A stretch of 64,000 nt of DNA from a virus (Duplodnaviria; Caudoviricetes), in the IMG/VR virus record IMGVR_UViG_3300028582_000252, positions 20,152 through 84,151 of that record, one strand, 5' to 3'. The notes under the pieces were generated by a model. That model was given only the letters and a program-made list of their open reading frames with translations. It was not told the DNA's origin and did not search any database. The position numbers and the translations under genes were made by a program. How positions within the stretch are numbered: position 1 is the first letter of the stretch; every line of letters starts with the position of its first letter. Shown here one piece after another: positions 10,479 to 19,301 of this stretch.

Positions 10479-12659
10479 CTATACGATTCCTTGTGCAATG
10501 TCTAAATAGAGTTGCATCACATCTGATTTATGCGCATCGCCTTTCTGGCTCGCTTCATACCATTGCGAAAATACAAAATATTCTTTTTCTCCAATAATAA
10601 CTGTATTTTTTCTCCAGTATCTTTCTTTAACTTTTTTTTCAAATGCCAATTCAGTTGGAACGATTATGCCCAAATTACGATGAATATATTTCTTACATTC
10701 TTCAGCTGAACATAAAATTTCTATTTGTTTATCACTAAATTTATATCTCCCATTAAACAACTCATAGAGAGCCTTTTTTGCATACTTAATTGCACCTAAG
10801 TCTATTTCAGGCAAATGCGGTAACATGGTGTTAGGATGAGTATTATAGAACTCCATTAATAATTTCTGCAATTCTTGTTGTCTATTTAACTCTTTTGTTA
10901 CTGCATTATTGCTAGTAGATTTGTTTCCTTTTACGACTTCATGTGACATTTTTTTAGCAGTTATGTCACTATCCGTTAAATCCCACCCCTGCTTAAATGC
11001 TTCCATTATGCGAAGTTGCCGTTTTCGTACTGTTTCTGGCGTCCACTTATTTTCGTTAAGAACTTCAACAGTTAACGCATAAGTAGTAACTCCAGCTTTA
11101 CTTGAAAAATACTTTTCTTTCTTTTTATCGAAATCATAATTTTGCGCTTGAGAGTTTTTCTTTTTTGTTAGTGGAACAAGATTTGCGATTTTATGCAACC
11201 AAGCTTCCCTTTCCTCTGAATCAGGCCAATCAACAAACCATTGACTACCATGTTGTGGATTTTGAGGAAGCACATGCTCAATGCTAAAAATTTTGCTCTT
11301 ATACTCAGCTGCATTATCACTTTCAAACTGATCCAAACGTAGTACAACATATGTACGCTTTCTGGCAGGTAATAAATAAATATCCCCATTCAGTGCTTCT
11401 AAAAACTCATGTTGTTCTGCCTGACTAAGCTCTAACGTTTCAAGTGCACCCATAATGTCTTTTTCATCAATTTTATGGATAGCCTTAGAATATCGTTCTA
11501 TTCGTTGATTCGATGTTTTCGAAGTTATATACATATAAGACGCCAGCCTCTCCACCAACGTAATAAAATTGCTTATTACTTCTGCGTTGTTTGAAAATAA
11601 TGACAATACCAACATACATACCGGAATCCAGTCAGAATCATCGATTCTATTCAGCCACATCAATAATTCATTTACCTCATCTGCCCCTTGAGATGCTTGA
11701 TATTGACACTGAAGAATGGCTTTGTATGATTCCGCGTAAGGTTCAATTACTTTAATAATAACATCCTCATTACTAATTCCCAGGTTCAGTGTGTATTTTT
11801 CAAATTCTTCGACTAAAGGTGCATGGAGTTTAGTTCCTGCATATCGCATTCTAATATGACTAATGAGGGCATTAAAGGACTCCCTGCCTAGTTCGACTTC
11901 TATATCTTCCCATTTATTAGTAAAAAAATCACGTTTACTTGTTGATATTCCTCCAATAATATGAGCTTTTATAATGTCAGATGGTAGCAAACTCAACCCC
12001 CTGTTATTTAATACAGAGAATACTCGGAACGCAGACTCACTATCTGCAGTTGATACAACAACAAAAAGACAATGCTTAAATATTGATGTAATAAAGGAGT
12101 CAACTTCTTTACTGTCATCCCCAAACAGTTCATCCGCACAATTACATATCAGTTTCATATTATTCTGCATCAACCTTTGCGCGTCATCATCTAGGTGAAC
12201 TGGATCGATTTGCATTAATTCTTTCATTCCATCATGGGCAATATTATTCTCAAAAAAAGCTCTATCTCTCTCCCTTAAATTTAATCTTGGACTTCCTGGA
12301 ATAGACATATGAGCAATTCCATCTTGCCAAAGGCATTTTTCAATATCTGATTTCAATGCTCCGCTTTTATTTCTCAAAACAGACAGGATCATTGATAGTG
12401 TAGTCAATCGTTGCTGCCCATCAATAACTTCAGCTTCAGGACTTTCTGCAGAATAAACAAGAACAATGCTTCCGGTAAAGTATGTATCTGCCACATTTTC
12501 TTCACCACTTTTCCAAAAATTAATCAAGTCATCCCATAATGTTAATGCTTCATTTTCAGTCCACGAATATGGTCGCTGATAATCGGGTACGTTAAAAATG
12601 AATTTCCCGCTAAGAAGCTCAAATAAATTATATTCTTTTGCATTCAATTGATTTGGCAT
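10479..12659 (-). CDS. DUF262-DUF1524 (GmrSD-like) nuclease with extra C-terminal domain
   Basis: YQRPYSW, IDGQQRLTT, F..LNNRG (DUF262); SIEHVLPQ...IANLVPL...NS (HNH/DUF1524). Confidence 0.88.
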   Translation of the reverse strand: MPNQLNAKEYNLFELLSGKFIFNVPDYQRPYSWTENEALTLWDDLINFWKSGEENVADTYFTGSIVLVYSAESPEAEVIDGQQRLTTLSMILSVLRNKSGALKSDIEKCLWQDGIAHMSIPGSPRLNLRERDRAFFENNIAHDGMKELMQIDPVHLDDDAQRLMQNNMKLICNCADELFGDDSKEVDSFITSIFKHCLFVVVSTADSESAFRVFSVLNNRGLSLLPSDIIKAHIIGGISTSKRDFFTNKWEDIEVELGRESFNALISHIRMRYAGTKLHAPLVEEFEKYTLNLGISNEDVIIKVIEPYAESYKAILQCQYQASQGADEVNELLMWLNRIDDSDWIPVCMLVLSLFSNNAEVISNFITLVERLASYMYITSKTSNQRIERYSKAIHKIDEKDIMGALETLELSQAEQHEFLEALNGDIYLLPARKRTYVVLRLDQFESDNAAEYKSKIFSIEHVLPQNPQHGSQWFVDWPDSEEREAWLHKIANLVPLTKKKNSQAQNYDFDKKKEKYFSSKAGVTTYALTVEVLNENKWTPETVRKRQLRIMEAFKQGWDLTDSDITAKKMSHEVVKGNKSTSNNAVTKELNRQQELQKLLMEFYNTHPNTMLPHLPEIDLGAIKYAKKALYELFNGRYKFSDKQIEILCSAEECKKYIHRNLGIIVPTELAFEKKVKERYWRKNTVIIGEKEYFVFSQWYEASQKGDAHKSDVMQLYLDIAQGIV

Positions 12660-12897
12660 AGATTTTCACACTCCATATTATCTATTATATCATATTAATG
12701 TTTTATGAGCGCATTATTAAAATAATTGCATAACGCTACAATTGGCATGCCTGTGGTAATTATGCCTGTAGTATATAAAGTAAAACCCTACAGCCGACCC
12801 ACATATTCAATAAAAACGTATCCGTAACTGCAAAATGTCTGCCGTTGATAATTTGCCTAAGAATAGCTGAAAGCATGTCCGAAGCGTAGACGTACGG

Positions 12898-13020
12898 TCT
12901 CAACGCCTCCTGCCCTATAACAATCTTGTCAACACAACCCTACCTCATAACAATCCCGTCAACACAACCCTATCCCTTTAATAAGGCTGTCAACTCAACC
13001 TGCCCTTATGGATCAGTTCC
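12898..13020. repeat. Four degenerate ~30-bp tandem repeats (GTCAACACAACCCT...)
   Basis: TCAAC cores at 12900, 12929, 12959, 12990; next to the att-like site. Confidence 0.75.
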
Positions 13021-13116
13021 CGCTAACTCGATTTGACTAAAAAATAAGGCTTCCCGCAGGTGAAGCATATTCCATCACTAACGAAAAAGCCTTATTTACT
13101 GGGCTTTCAGCCCTTC

Positions 13117-13160
13117 TTATTTATCATTTCTTGACATCAATGCTATCGTCTCGACGTGGC
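13117..13160 (-). other. rlmD: Displaced 3' end of 23S rRNA (uracil-5) methyltransferase gene; attachment junction
   Basis: Minus strand CAC GTC GAG ACG ATA GCA TTG ATG TCA AGA AAT GAT AAA TAA = HVETIALMSRNDK*, matching the RlmD C-terminal HVET(V/I) motif; no upstream rlmD coding sequence. Confidence 0.75.
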
Positions 13161-13474
13161 ACGGCACGACCGTATGAATACCTATATTTGCAAGTGTGTA
13201 AAAGGCTGTCCCGAACATAGAAACATTGGTATCCCGTCCAACAATAGGAACATATTATATTAATCATTCTAACAATTATGTGATGTAAAATTTCCGCTCT
13301 ATAGTCTTCGTTTCCGAATTCCATCTTTAATTTTAAAGATTCCAAATTCATTTCTGCTGGTTTGTCCTCATTTGTAACTCTGTTGTAAAATTAGAAAACT
13401 TACCCAGCACTGCTGAACTTCTAAACCACTAATCGCCCTTTTCAAGATTACAGAGGCAACCATTGCGGTAAAAA

Positions 13475-15094
13475 TTATATACTTGATGTGCTATATATGT
13501 AGCATTCCTCATTACTCGTCGCCTCCCACAGTTCATTTAACTGAGAAATGACAGCCTGCGGAGCATTAACAATTTGCATTATTGAATGCTTATTTCCGAT
13601 TGAATTGATTGATGCCCCAAGCGACCATACACGTTCCTTGTTTATTTCATACTTCATAATAATATATCTATCATGGAATGAATGTCCATTGCGAACGGTA
13701 CGGTAGTCTATTAGAATGTCCGTATCATCACTTAATGCGAGCACCATATCGGTTCGTTCTTTCTTTTTAAATTCCTCGAATCCATTGTCATCTTCGGCGT
13801 CATTTGTGTATTTGTTCCCGTGAATAGCAGAATAATCACATAGGGCTTTGATTGTAATACCTTTCACTCTGCATTGAAAAGCAGTCTTTGCTAAGTCGGC
13901 AGTGCGAAGATACGGATCAATGACCCATATTTCTTGTAGATCCCAAGGAAGATTGTTGCTCAATATTTCAACAATGTCGTGAAGTGCCGTCTCATGCTCA
14001 TCGCAAGAATATGACTTGAGATACCCCTGTTTATTGTACCAATCGTCATCCAAAGCCAACCTCCGATTTGATGTCATTTCAGCTTCTTCAAAGAAATAGA
14101 TTGAACCGGCCATTTTTACATTAGGAAGTTCTATATGAACTTCTTTACCATCAATGTGTATTATTCTTTTATCTGGAATTTGTGCGATGATAGTCGGTGG
14201 GGTTATCTGGGAAAAGTAGTTGCTATAAACTGAGTAATCAAAACATCCATAATAAAGGGTTAACTGTGTATATGTATCTACAACGGAAATTGTCGTTTTA
14301 TACTGATTGGGATTCACGCTAACTGCTTGGCAATCAAAATCCTTCTCAACGTCGTTAGTATATATCAATCCATCGTGGGTTTGTATTACTGTAAGGCAAT
14401 AACGATTATGTTCAAAATCTCTTTTAAGAGAGAACTCCAATTCTATCCCATAAAGTCCTAATTTTATTGGTTTCACAGAGAATACCTCTATAGGCATCTT
14501 TATGATTACATTGCCAATTCTGTCATGCATTTTATCCAAATGATAATGCAATCCACATTTTTTCATTTCTTGTTGAATTTTTTGTATTGACAAAGATGAC
14601 AGTATTTTATTAAGTACCGTTTTTCGACTGAATAGTTCAAAGACATAGTAATTTCCGGTGAAATTTGAGCCATAAATACCATACTCCAGAGGTACAAACA
14701 CATTATACTGCCCACCAGTTGGATTGCTTTCTGGCACATATTTTATATCTGATGGGAAAAAATCATCTATTACTACATTCTCTCCGTTGAACTTCCACAA
14801 ACCAGTAGATTCCGTGTCACCAATCAATTTGAGAAGTTCCTCAATAGAAATTATATACCTGCTTATTGCTAGTTTCCAAGCACTACTTTTATCTCTAGAA
14901 ATAGTTATTGGCACTTCAGTAATAAAATGAAATGGTGCAGGTTTCTTAAACTTCGAAGAACATTCTACATTTGTAAAAAAGTTAATCGCTTTGCATTCTG
15001 AAAACAATACTATTTGAGTAACTTCGCAAAAACGATATTCTCCTAAATTATCATTACATAGATATTTCCCTAATATTTCTTGTGTCTCCTTCAT
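13475..15094 (-). CDS. VPA1262-like protein with C-terminal PLD-like domain; putative defence cargo
   Basis: WVIDPYL, FHDRYII, WSLGASINSIG C-terminal motifs; AT-rich; start at 15094 or 15109. Confidence 0.6.
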   Translation of the reverse strand: MKETQEILGKYLCNDNLGEYRFCEVTQIVLFSECKAINFFTNVECSSKFKKPAPFHFITEVPITISRDKSSAWKLAISRYIISIEELLKLIGDTESTGLWKFNGENVVIDDFFPSDIKYVPESNPTGGQYNVFVPLEYGIYGSNFTGNYYVFELFSRKTVLNKILSSLSIQKIQQEMKKCGLHYHLDKMHDRIGNVIIKMPIEVFSVKPIKLGLYGIELEFSLKRDFEHNRYCLTVIQTHDGLIYTNDVEKDFDCQAVSVNPNQYKTTISVVDTYTQLTLYYGCFDYSVYSNYFSQITPPTIIAQIPDKRIIHIDGKEVHIELPNVKMAGSIYFFEEAEMTSNRRLALDDDWYNKQGYLKSYSCDEHETALHDIVEILSNNLPWDLQEIWVIDPYLRTADLAKTAFQCRVKGITIKALCDYSAIHGNKYTNDAEDDNGFEEFKKKERTDMVLALSDDTDILIDYRTVRNGHSFHDRYIIMKYEINKERVWSLGASINSIGNKHSIMQIVNAPQAVISQLNELWEATSNEECYIYSTSSI

Positions 15095-15191
15095 ATTAAC
15101 CCATCCCATCTAGCCAGCTTATCTTTTCCGCCGTTTTATGCGTATAGTTTCCAATGGCTTATTCATCATACTGTTAAGTTAACATATACTT

Positions 15192-15263
15192 TTAACCGCT
15201 ACCACATGTGCAGAGGTCATTACACCCTATTTTCTTTAGCTTGTTTATTTGTTGATGAGCCAT
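15192..15263 (-). pseudogene. Degenerate SEC-C zinc-motif gene remnant
   Basis: MAHQQINKLKKIGCNDLCTCGSG*KY resembles KIGRNDPCPCGSGKKY with a stop in place of a Lys. Confidence 0.55.
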
Positions 15264-15408
15264 AACTGGAATCTTAACATCGTGAATAAGCAATAATTTT
15301 CTTATTCAATATATAGCATATCGAAATTTCCAAACGCATTTTGAATTTTTTTAATTATACCATAGATGACATAATACGTGCATTCAAAAAAATATCAAAC
15401 AAACTAGG

Positions 15409-15440
15409 AAAGCAAAACGCCCTGCGATGTGCAAGGCGTC
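15409..15440 (-). terminator. Intrinsic terminator
   Basis: ACGCC.TGC/GCA.GGCGT stem followed by TTTTGCTTT on the minus strand. Confidence 0.6.
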
Positions 15441-15466
15441 AGCTAAATTATCAATCTGTCAATATG

Positions 15467-15877
15467 TTACTTGGCAGCGCGGAACAGACTCTCCTCCGCC
15501 TCACTCATGTCATAGTACATGATCTTATTCTCGGTATCGAGGAATCCCGTGATCTTATATCTTTTCTCCTCATCGTAATCCGGTATCATCCTGGTAAGGA
15601 CTGCATGCATGTTCTTATTGTTGCAGCTTACCGTACTGTTCTGCTCACCTCTTGATTTTGAAAAAGATGTAGCCTTGACTTCGTTGCCTTTGCACGGCTT
15701 GATTGCAAACACATGATTTTCAGCATCAATGCAGTACTGTACATTCTGCGGATAATTAAGGTCCTCTAGTACACGCTTGGTGAATGTCACCCCATTCTTG
15801 TTGACGAAGATGTCAGGAGACGCATTCGTGTTGATATCGATAACTTCCAGATTTACATTAGCAAAATTAATAGCCAT
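15467..15877 (-). CDS. Recombinase-associated small protein (possible AbrB-like fold)
   Basis: SD GAAAGGA before ATG 15877, coupled to the recombinase stop; PDIFVNKNGVTF...LNYP..V...ID...FAIKP pattern. Confidence 0.7.
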   Translation of the reverse strand: MAINFANVNLEVIDINTNASPDIFVNKNGVTFTKRVLEDLNYPQNVQYCIDAENHVFAIKPCKGNEVKATSFSKSRGEQNSTVSCNNKNMHAVLTRMIPDYDEEKRYKITGFLDTENKIMYYDMSEAEESLFRAAK

Positions 15878-15878
15878 T

Positions 15879-17096
15879 TTAATTCCTTTCTGTGCCGTCT
15901 GTATCATCATCGGCACTTTCCATCAGTTCTAAAAATTTACTTCGTTCATCACTGTTCCAGGACAGATCCATGAGCAGAAACCCGCGCAGGACTCCTGATT
16001 TTACCCTGGTAACAGTGAATTTCTTTTCCATAGCGGCAGGTCTTCCGGCACTACGCCATTTCTTCTGTATGAGCAGCTTCTGGGCGGATTCCCATTTCAG
16101 TCGTTCGATTATAGCGGGATGGTCATTCTCCCAGTGCCACTGAGGCAGTATGTCTTTGTTCTTTACTGCCTTGTGACTTAGATAATCCTTAGTGAAAGTT
16201 TTCTGATACAGCACATCACCGCAATATTTCTCATTCGATAAGATATTGCGTATGGTAGCTGCGCCCCAGCATTCCTTTCCTTTTGGTGAATGTATCCCCT
16301 GTTCAGTCAGTGATTCAGCGATAGATTTCGGTGATGCACCGTCAAGGAAACTGTCATAGATATAATGTACTATTTCAGCTTCAGCAGGCTCAATCTTCAC
16401 TCTCCCGGCATAATCACGGTAGTATCCTATCGTATTTCCAACTGAAAATTTGTAAAGGCCTTCCTGCATTCTGTAACGGATACCCTCTTTTATCGCTATG
16501 CTTTTCTGCTGGCTTTCAAGTTCTGCGAGTGCAGAAAGAATGGATATGATGAGCTTGTTGTTGGCATCGCTCGTATTTATCCCTTCAGATTCAAAATTTA
16601 CAGCAACGGGTTCTTTGAGATCACCGAGTTCACGAAGGACTGTAAGTATATCAACGATATTTCTACCGAAACGGCTGATACTCTTTGTGAGTATCAGATC
16701 CATCTTTCCATCCTTCGCATCCCCCAGCATTTCCTGGAATCCTTTGCGTTTTTCAACAGAAGTTCCAGAGATCCCCTCGTCCGTATATATCTTGACCAGT
16801 TCATATTGGGGATTTCCTTCAATCACTGACTTGAAATGCTGCACCTGCATCTCAAAACTGCCCGCCTGGGCTTCTTCGGCAGTGCTGACTCTGCAGTATG
16901 CCGCCACCCTTACCTTTGGTGCATCCATGAATGCGTATGGCTTATGCTCCGGCATTATGACTCTGCCTTTGCGTTCACCGCGGCGATTCTTGGCTATGGT
17001 TTCGCGGATCCTGCTCTTCTCCGCTTCGTTCTTGTTTTCCCTCGTCAGTTTCCTGCGGGCTTCTTCGATCTTTTTAGCGTCTAATTTCCTTGCCAT
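15879..17096 (-). CDS. Serine recombinase (fourth), apparently without Zn-ribbon/coiled-coil
   Basis: [39 protein letters not shown] motifs. Confidence 0.9.
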   Translation of the reverse strand: MARKLDAKKIEEARRKLTRENKNEAEKSRIRETIAKNRRGERKGRVIMPEHKPYAFMDAPKVRVAAYCRVSTAEEAQAGSFEMQVQHFKSVIEGNPQYELVKIYTDEGISGTSVEKRKGFQEMLGDAKDGKMDLILTKSISRFGRNIVDILTVLRELGDLKEPVAVNFESEGINTSDANNKLIISILSALAELESQQKSIAIKEGIRYRMQEGLYKFSVGNTIGYYRDYAGRVKIEPAEAEIVHYIYDSFLDGASPKSIAESLTEQGIHSPKGKECWGAATIRNILSNEKYCGDVLYQKTFTKDYLSHKAVKNKDILPQWHWENDHPAIIERLKWESAQKLLIQKKWRSAGRPAAMEKKFTVTRVKSGVLRGFLLMDLSWNSDERSKFLELMESADDDTDGTERN

Positions 17097-17296
17097 GACT
17101 TACACGGCTTGCCGCTGCACATTTTCATCCGTATCCCATATGCCAAGTCGCCACTCTCCTTTCCATTGATATCATCATCTTTTCCACCTCCTTTTTTCTA
17201 TGATTTGCGGGATGCTGTAAGACAGATTTCGATTTGCCTTATGGCATGCGCACCTCCTATTATTCCGCCTATTCTTTTAATCAGTCAACAAGAGTA

Positions 17297-17331
17297 TAAA
17301 AAGAAGCCCTGCAGCCTTCACTGCAGGGTGT
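17297..17331 (-). terminator. Intrinsic terminator after the recombinase triad
   Basis: CCCTGCAG/CTGCAGGG stem then CTTCTTTTT on the minus strand. Confidence 0.75.
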
Positions 17332-18886
17332 CCCCAAATATATCTATGCATATCCCTGACTTGAACATGACGGTCAGGTACCATTCATAAATTGTGATCT
17401 TATCTATAAATTTTCTTACGATCTGTTCATCGTACACGATCTCGCCCTGATAGCTGTCTATGAAATCTGTCATCTGGTTCAGGCGCTGAGCCATACCCTT
17501 ATCTGACGCCTCTTTCAGCAGTATTTCTTCCTTCTCGTTGCGGAGCTTATCTATCTCATCAGCAATGGCATCGCAGTCACCGGCTGATTTTATGAGTCCC
17601 AGAAGTTCTTCCTGCTTCGCGGCAAGAGCGGTTTCCACCTTCCCCAGTGCTTTCGAATGATTCCTTGAAAGCACCTCACGTGCACTTTCCTTTATCGTAT
17701 CAAGGTATAATTCTTTCTTACCGAAGACTTCTTTCATGGCCTTGACTACTGCGCCTTTCAGTTCGTCCTCTCTTATGGTTCTGGAACAACAGTTTTTCTT
17801 TCCCCCGTTCACCCGGTTCACACATCTCCACACTACCAATCGTTTGCCGTGGCTGGTCCATACTACGCGCCGGTATATATCACCGCACACTCCGCAGATG
17901 ACCACACCGGAAAGTGCATACCTGCTGCTGTATATACGGCGGTGTCCTTTTATCTTCATGTGCGACCTTCTGAACATTTCCTCCTGCACACGCATATAGA
18001 TGCCTTTCGGTATGATGGCTTCATGACAGCCCTCCACATAATACTGAGGGACTATGCCGTCATTCTTCACTCTTTTCTTTGTGAGGAAATCGACGGTATA
18101 TGTCTTTTGCAGAAGCGCATCCCCTATATATTTTTCGTTCCTGAGGATAGTCTTTACAGACTCCGGTCTCCATCTTTTCATGCCCGCACCTGTCAGTATG
18201 CCGTCATGCTCCAGGCTTTTTGCTATATCGAGCAGGCTTGCGCCTTCAAGGTACTCTCTGTATATGCGTTTGACCGTTTCAGCTTCAGATGGCTCTATGA
18301 TGAGATTGCCGTCAGCGTCTTTGGTGTAACCAAGAAAGCGTGTATGATTCACCTGCACTTTCCCCTGCTGATAGCGGTACTGACATCCCAGTTTGACATT
18401 CTGCGAAAGCGACTGGCTTTCCTGCTGTGCCAGTGATGCCATTATGGTAAGCAGCACCTCTCCCTTGGCATCCATCGTGTTTATAGATTCCTTCTCAAAA
18501 TACACCGGGATGCCGAGATCCTTGAGCTGCCTTATGTATTTGAGACAGTCGAGCGTATTCCTTGCGAACCGGCTGATCGACTTGGTGACGATCATATCGA
18601 TCTTGCCCGCCATGCATTCTTCTATCATGCGGTTGAACTCTGTCCTGTTTTTCGTATTGGTGCCGGATATGCCGTCATCCGCGAATATCCCTGCGCACTC
18701 CCACTGCGGATTGCTCTGGATATACTCCGTATAATGTTCTACCTGCGCTTCATAGCTTGTTGCCTGTTCATCACTGTCTGTAGATACCCTGCAGTATGCA
18801 GCCACCTTCATTTTGGCTGACTCCCGTATCTTCGCCTTGCTGCTCTCCCGGCTTCTTGCCGGTATCACTGTTATCTTACCGCTCAT
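17318..18886 (-). CDS. Large serine recombinase
   Basis: [22 protein letters not shown], recombinase domain, C..C Zn ribbon, coiled coil. Confidence 0.95.
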   Translation of the reverse strand: MSGKITVIPARSRESSKAKIRESAKMKVAAYCRVSTDSDEQATSYEAQVEHYTEYIQSNPQWECAGIFADDGISGTNTKNRTEFNRMIEECMAGKIDMIVTKSISRFARNTLDCLKYIRQLKDLGIPVYFEKESINTMDAKGEVLLTIMASLAQQESQSLSQNVKLGCQYRYQQGKVQVNHTRFLGYTKDADGNLIIEPSEAETVKRIYREYLEGASLLDIAKSLEHDGILTGAGMKRWRPESVKTILRNEKYIGDALLQKTYTVDFLTKKRVKNDGIVPQYYVEGCHEAIIPKGIYMRVQEEMFRRSHMKIKGHRRIYSSRYALSGVVICGVCGDIYRRVVWTSHGKRLVVWRCVNRVNGGKKNCCSRTIREDELKGAVVKAMKEVFGKKELYLDTIKESAREVLSRNHSKALGKVETALAAKQEELLGLIKSAGDCDAIADEIDKLRNEKEEILLKEASDKGMAQRLNQMTDFIDSYQGEIVYDEQIVRKFIDKITIYEWYLTVMFKSGICIDIFGDTLQ

Positions 18887-19301
18887 CCTTGCTCCTTATC
18901 CGGCTGTATGTATATTCCGCCTGTTCGAACGGATCATCATAATGCCTGTTAGCTTTTTTCATGTCAAATTCAACAGATGCTTTCCTCTTTACCCGATCCG
19001 GTTTTTCACCGGTACGTCCCATCACTAAAGCACGGTATTTCTTCCTCATCTGCACTTTTTCGAATGTTTCTTCATCGATGATTGCCGGGAAAAAAGCATC
19101 TCCTATATAATGCTTATTGCTCAGATAATTATTGAGTGACGGATGCTTTTTCGGTATACCGGCTGACTTTCCTGCCTTCGCTATCGATTTGCCTCCGAGA
19201 TATTCTGAAAACAGCTTTTTTATCTGTTCGCCTTTTTCCGGATCGATTTCTGCTACACCATTCTTTATTATGTAACCGTATGGAATATGCGTCATTTTCA
19301 T
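18876..19301 (-). CDS. Small recombinase DNA-binding-domain protein (no catalytic domain)
   Basis: HIPYGY...[24 protein letters not shown]; overlaps both neighbours. Confidence 0.85.
   Translation of the reverse strand: MKMTHIPYGYIIKNGVAEIDPEKGEQIKKLFSEYLGGKSIAKAGKSAGIPKKHPSLNNYLSNKHYIGDAFFPAIIDEETFEKVQMRKKYRALVMGRTGEKPDRVKRKASVEFDMKKANRHYDDPFEQAEYTYSRIRSKDER

Larger units (their letters stand above)
1..13160 (-). mobile_element. Second integrated element (phage-related/satellite-like), truncated by the window start; defence cargo, then sigma-like gene, then SNF2 operon
   Basis: Begins at the rlmD 3'-end fragment (13117-13158). The order defence block, sigma-like gene, replication-type genes parallels the prophage. 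The defence block is visibly AT-rich. Confidence 0.7.

Noticed and set aside
12898-13020. Possible mini CRISPR array
   Set aside because: Units are contiguous and degenerate with no unique spacers, and no cas operon is present.
13124-13351. 75-aa ORF spanning the junction
   Set aside because: Crosses the inferred att site, has no recognisable features, and the meaningful rlmD-like peptide is in another frame.
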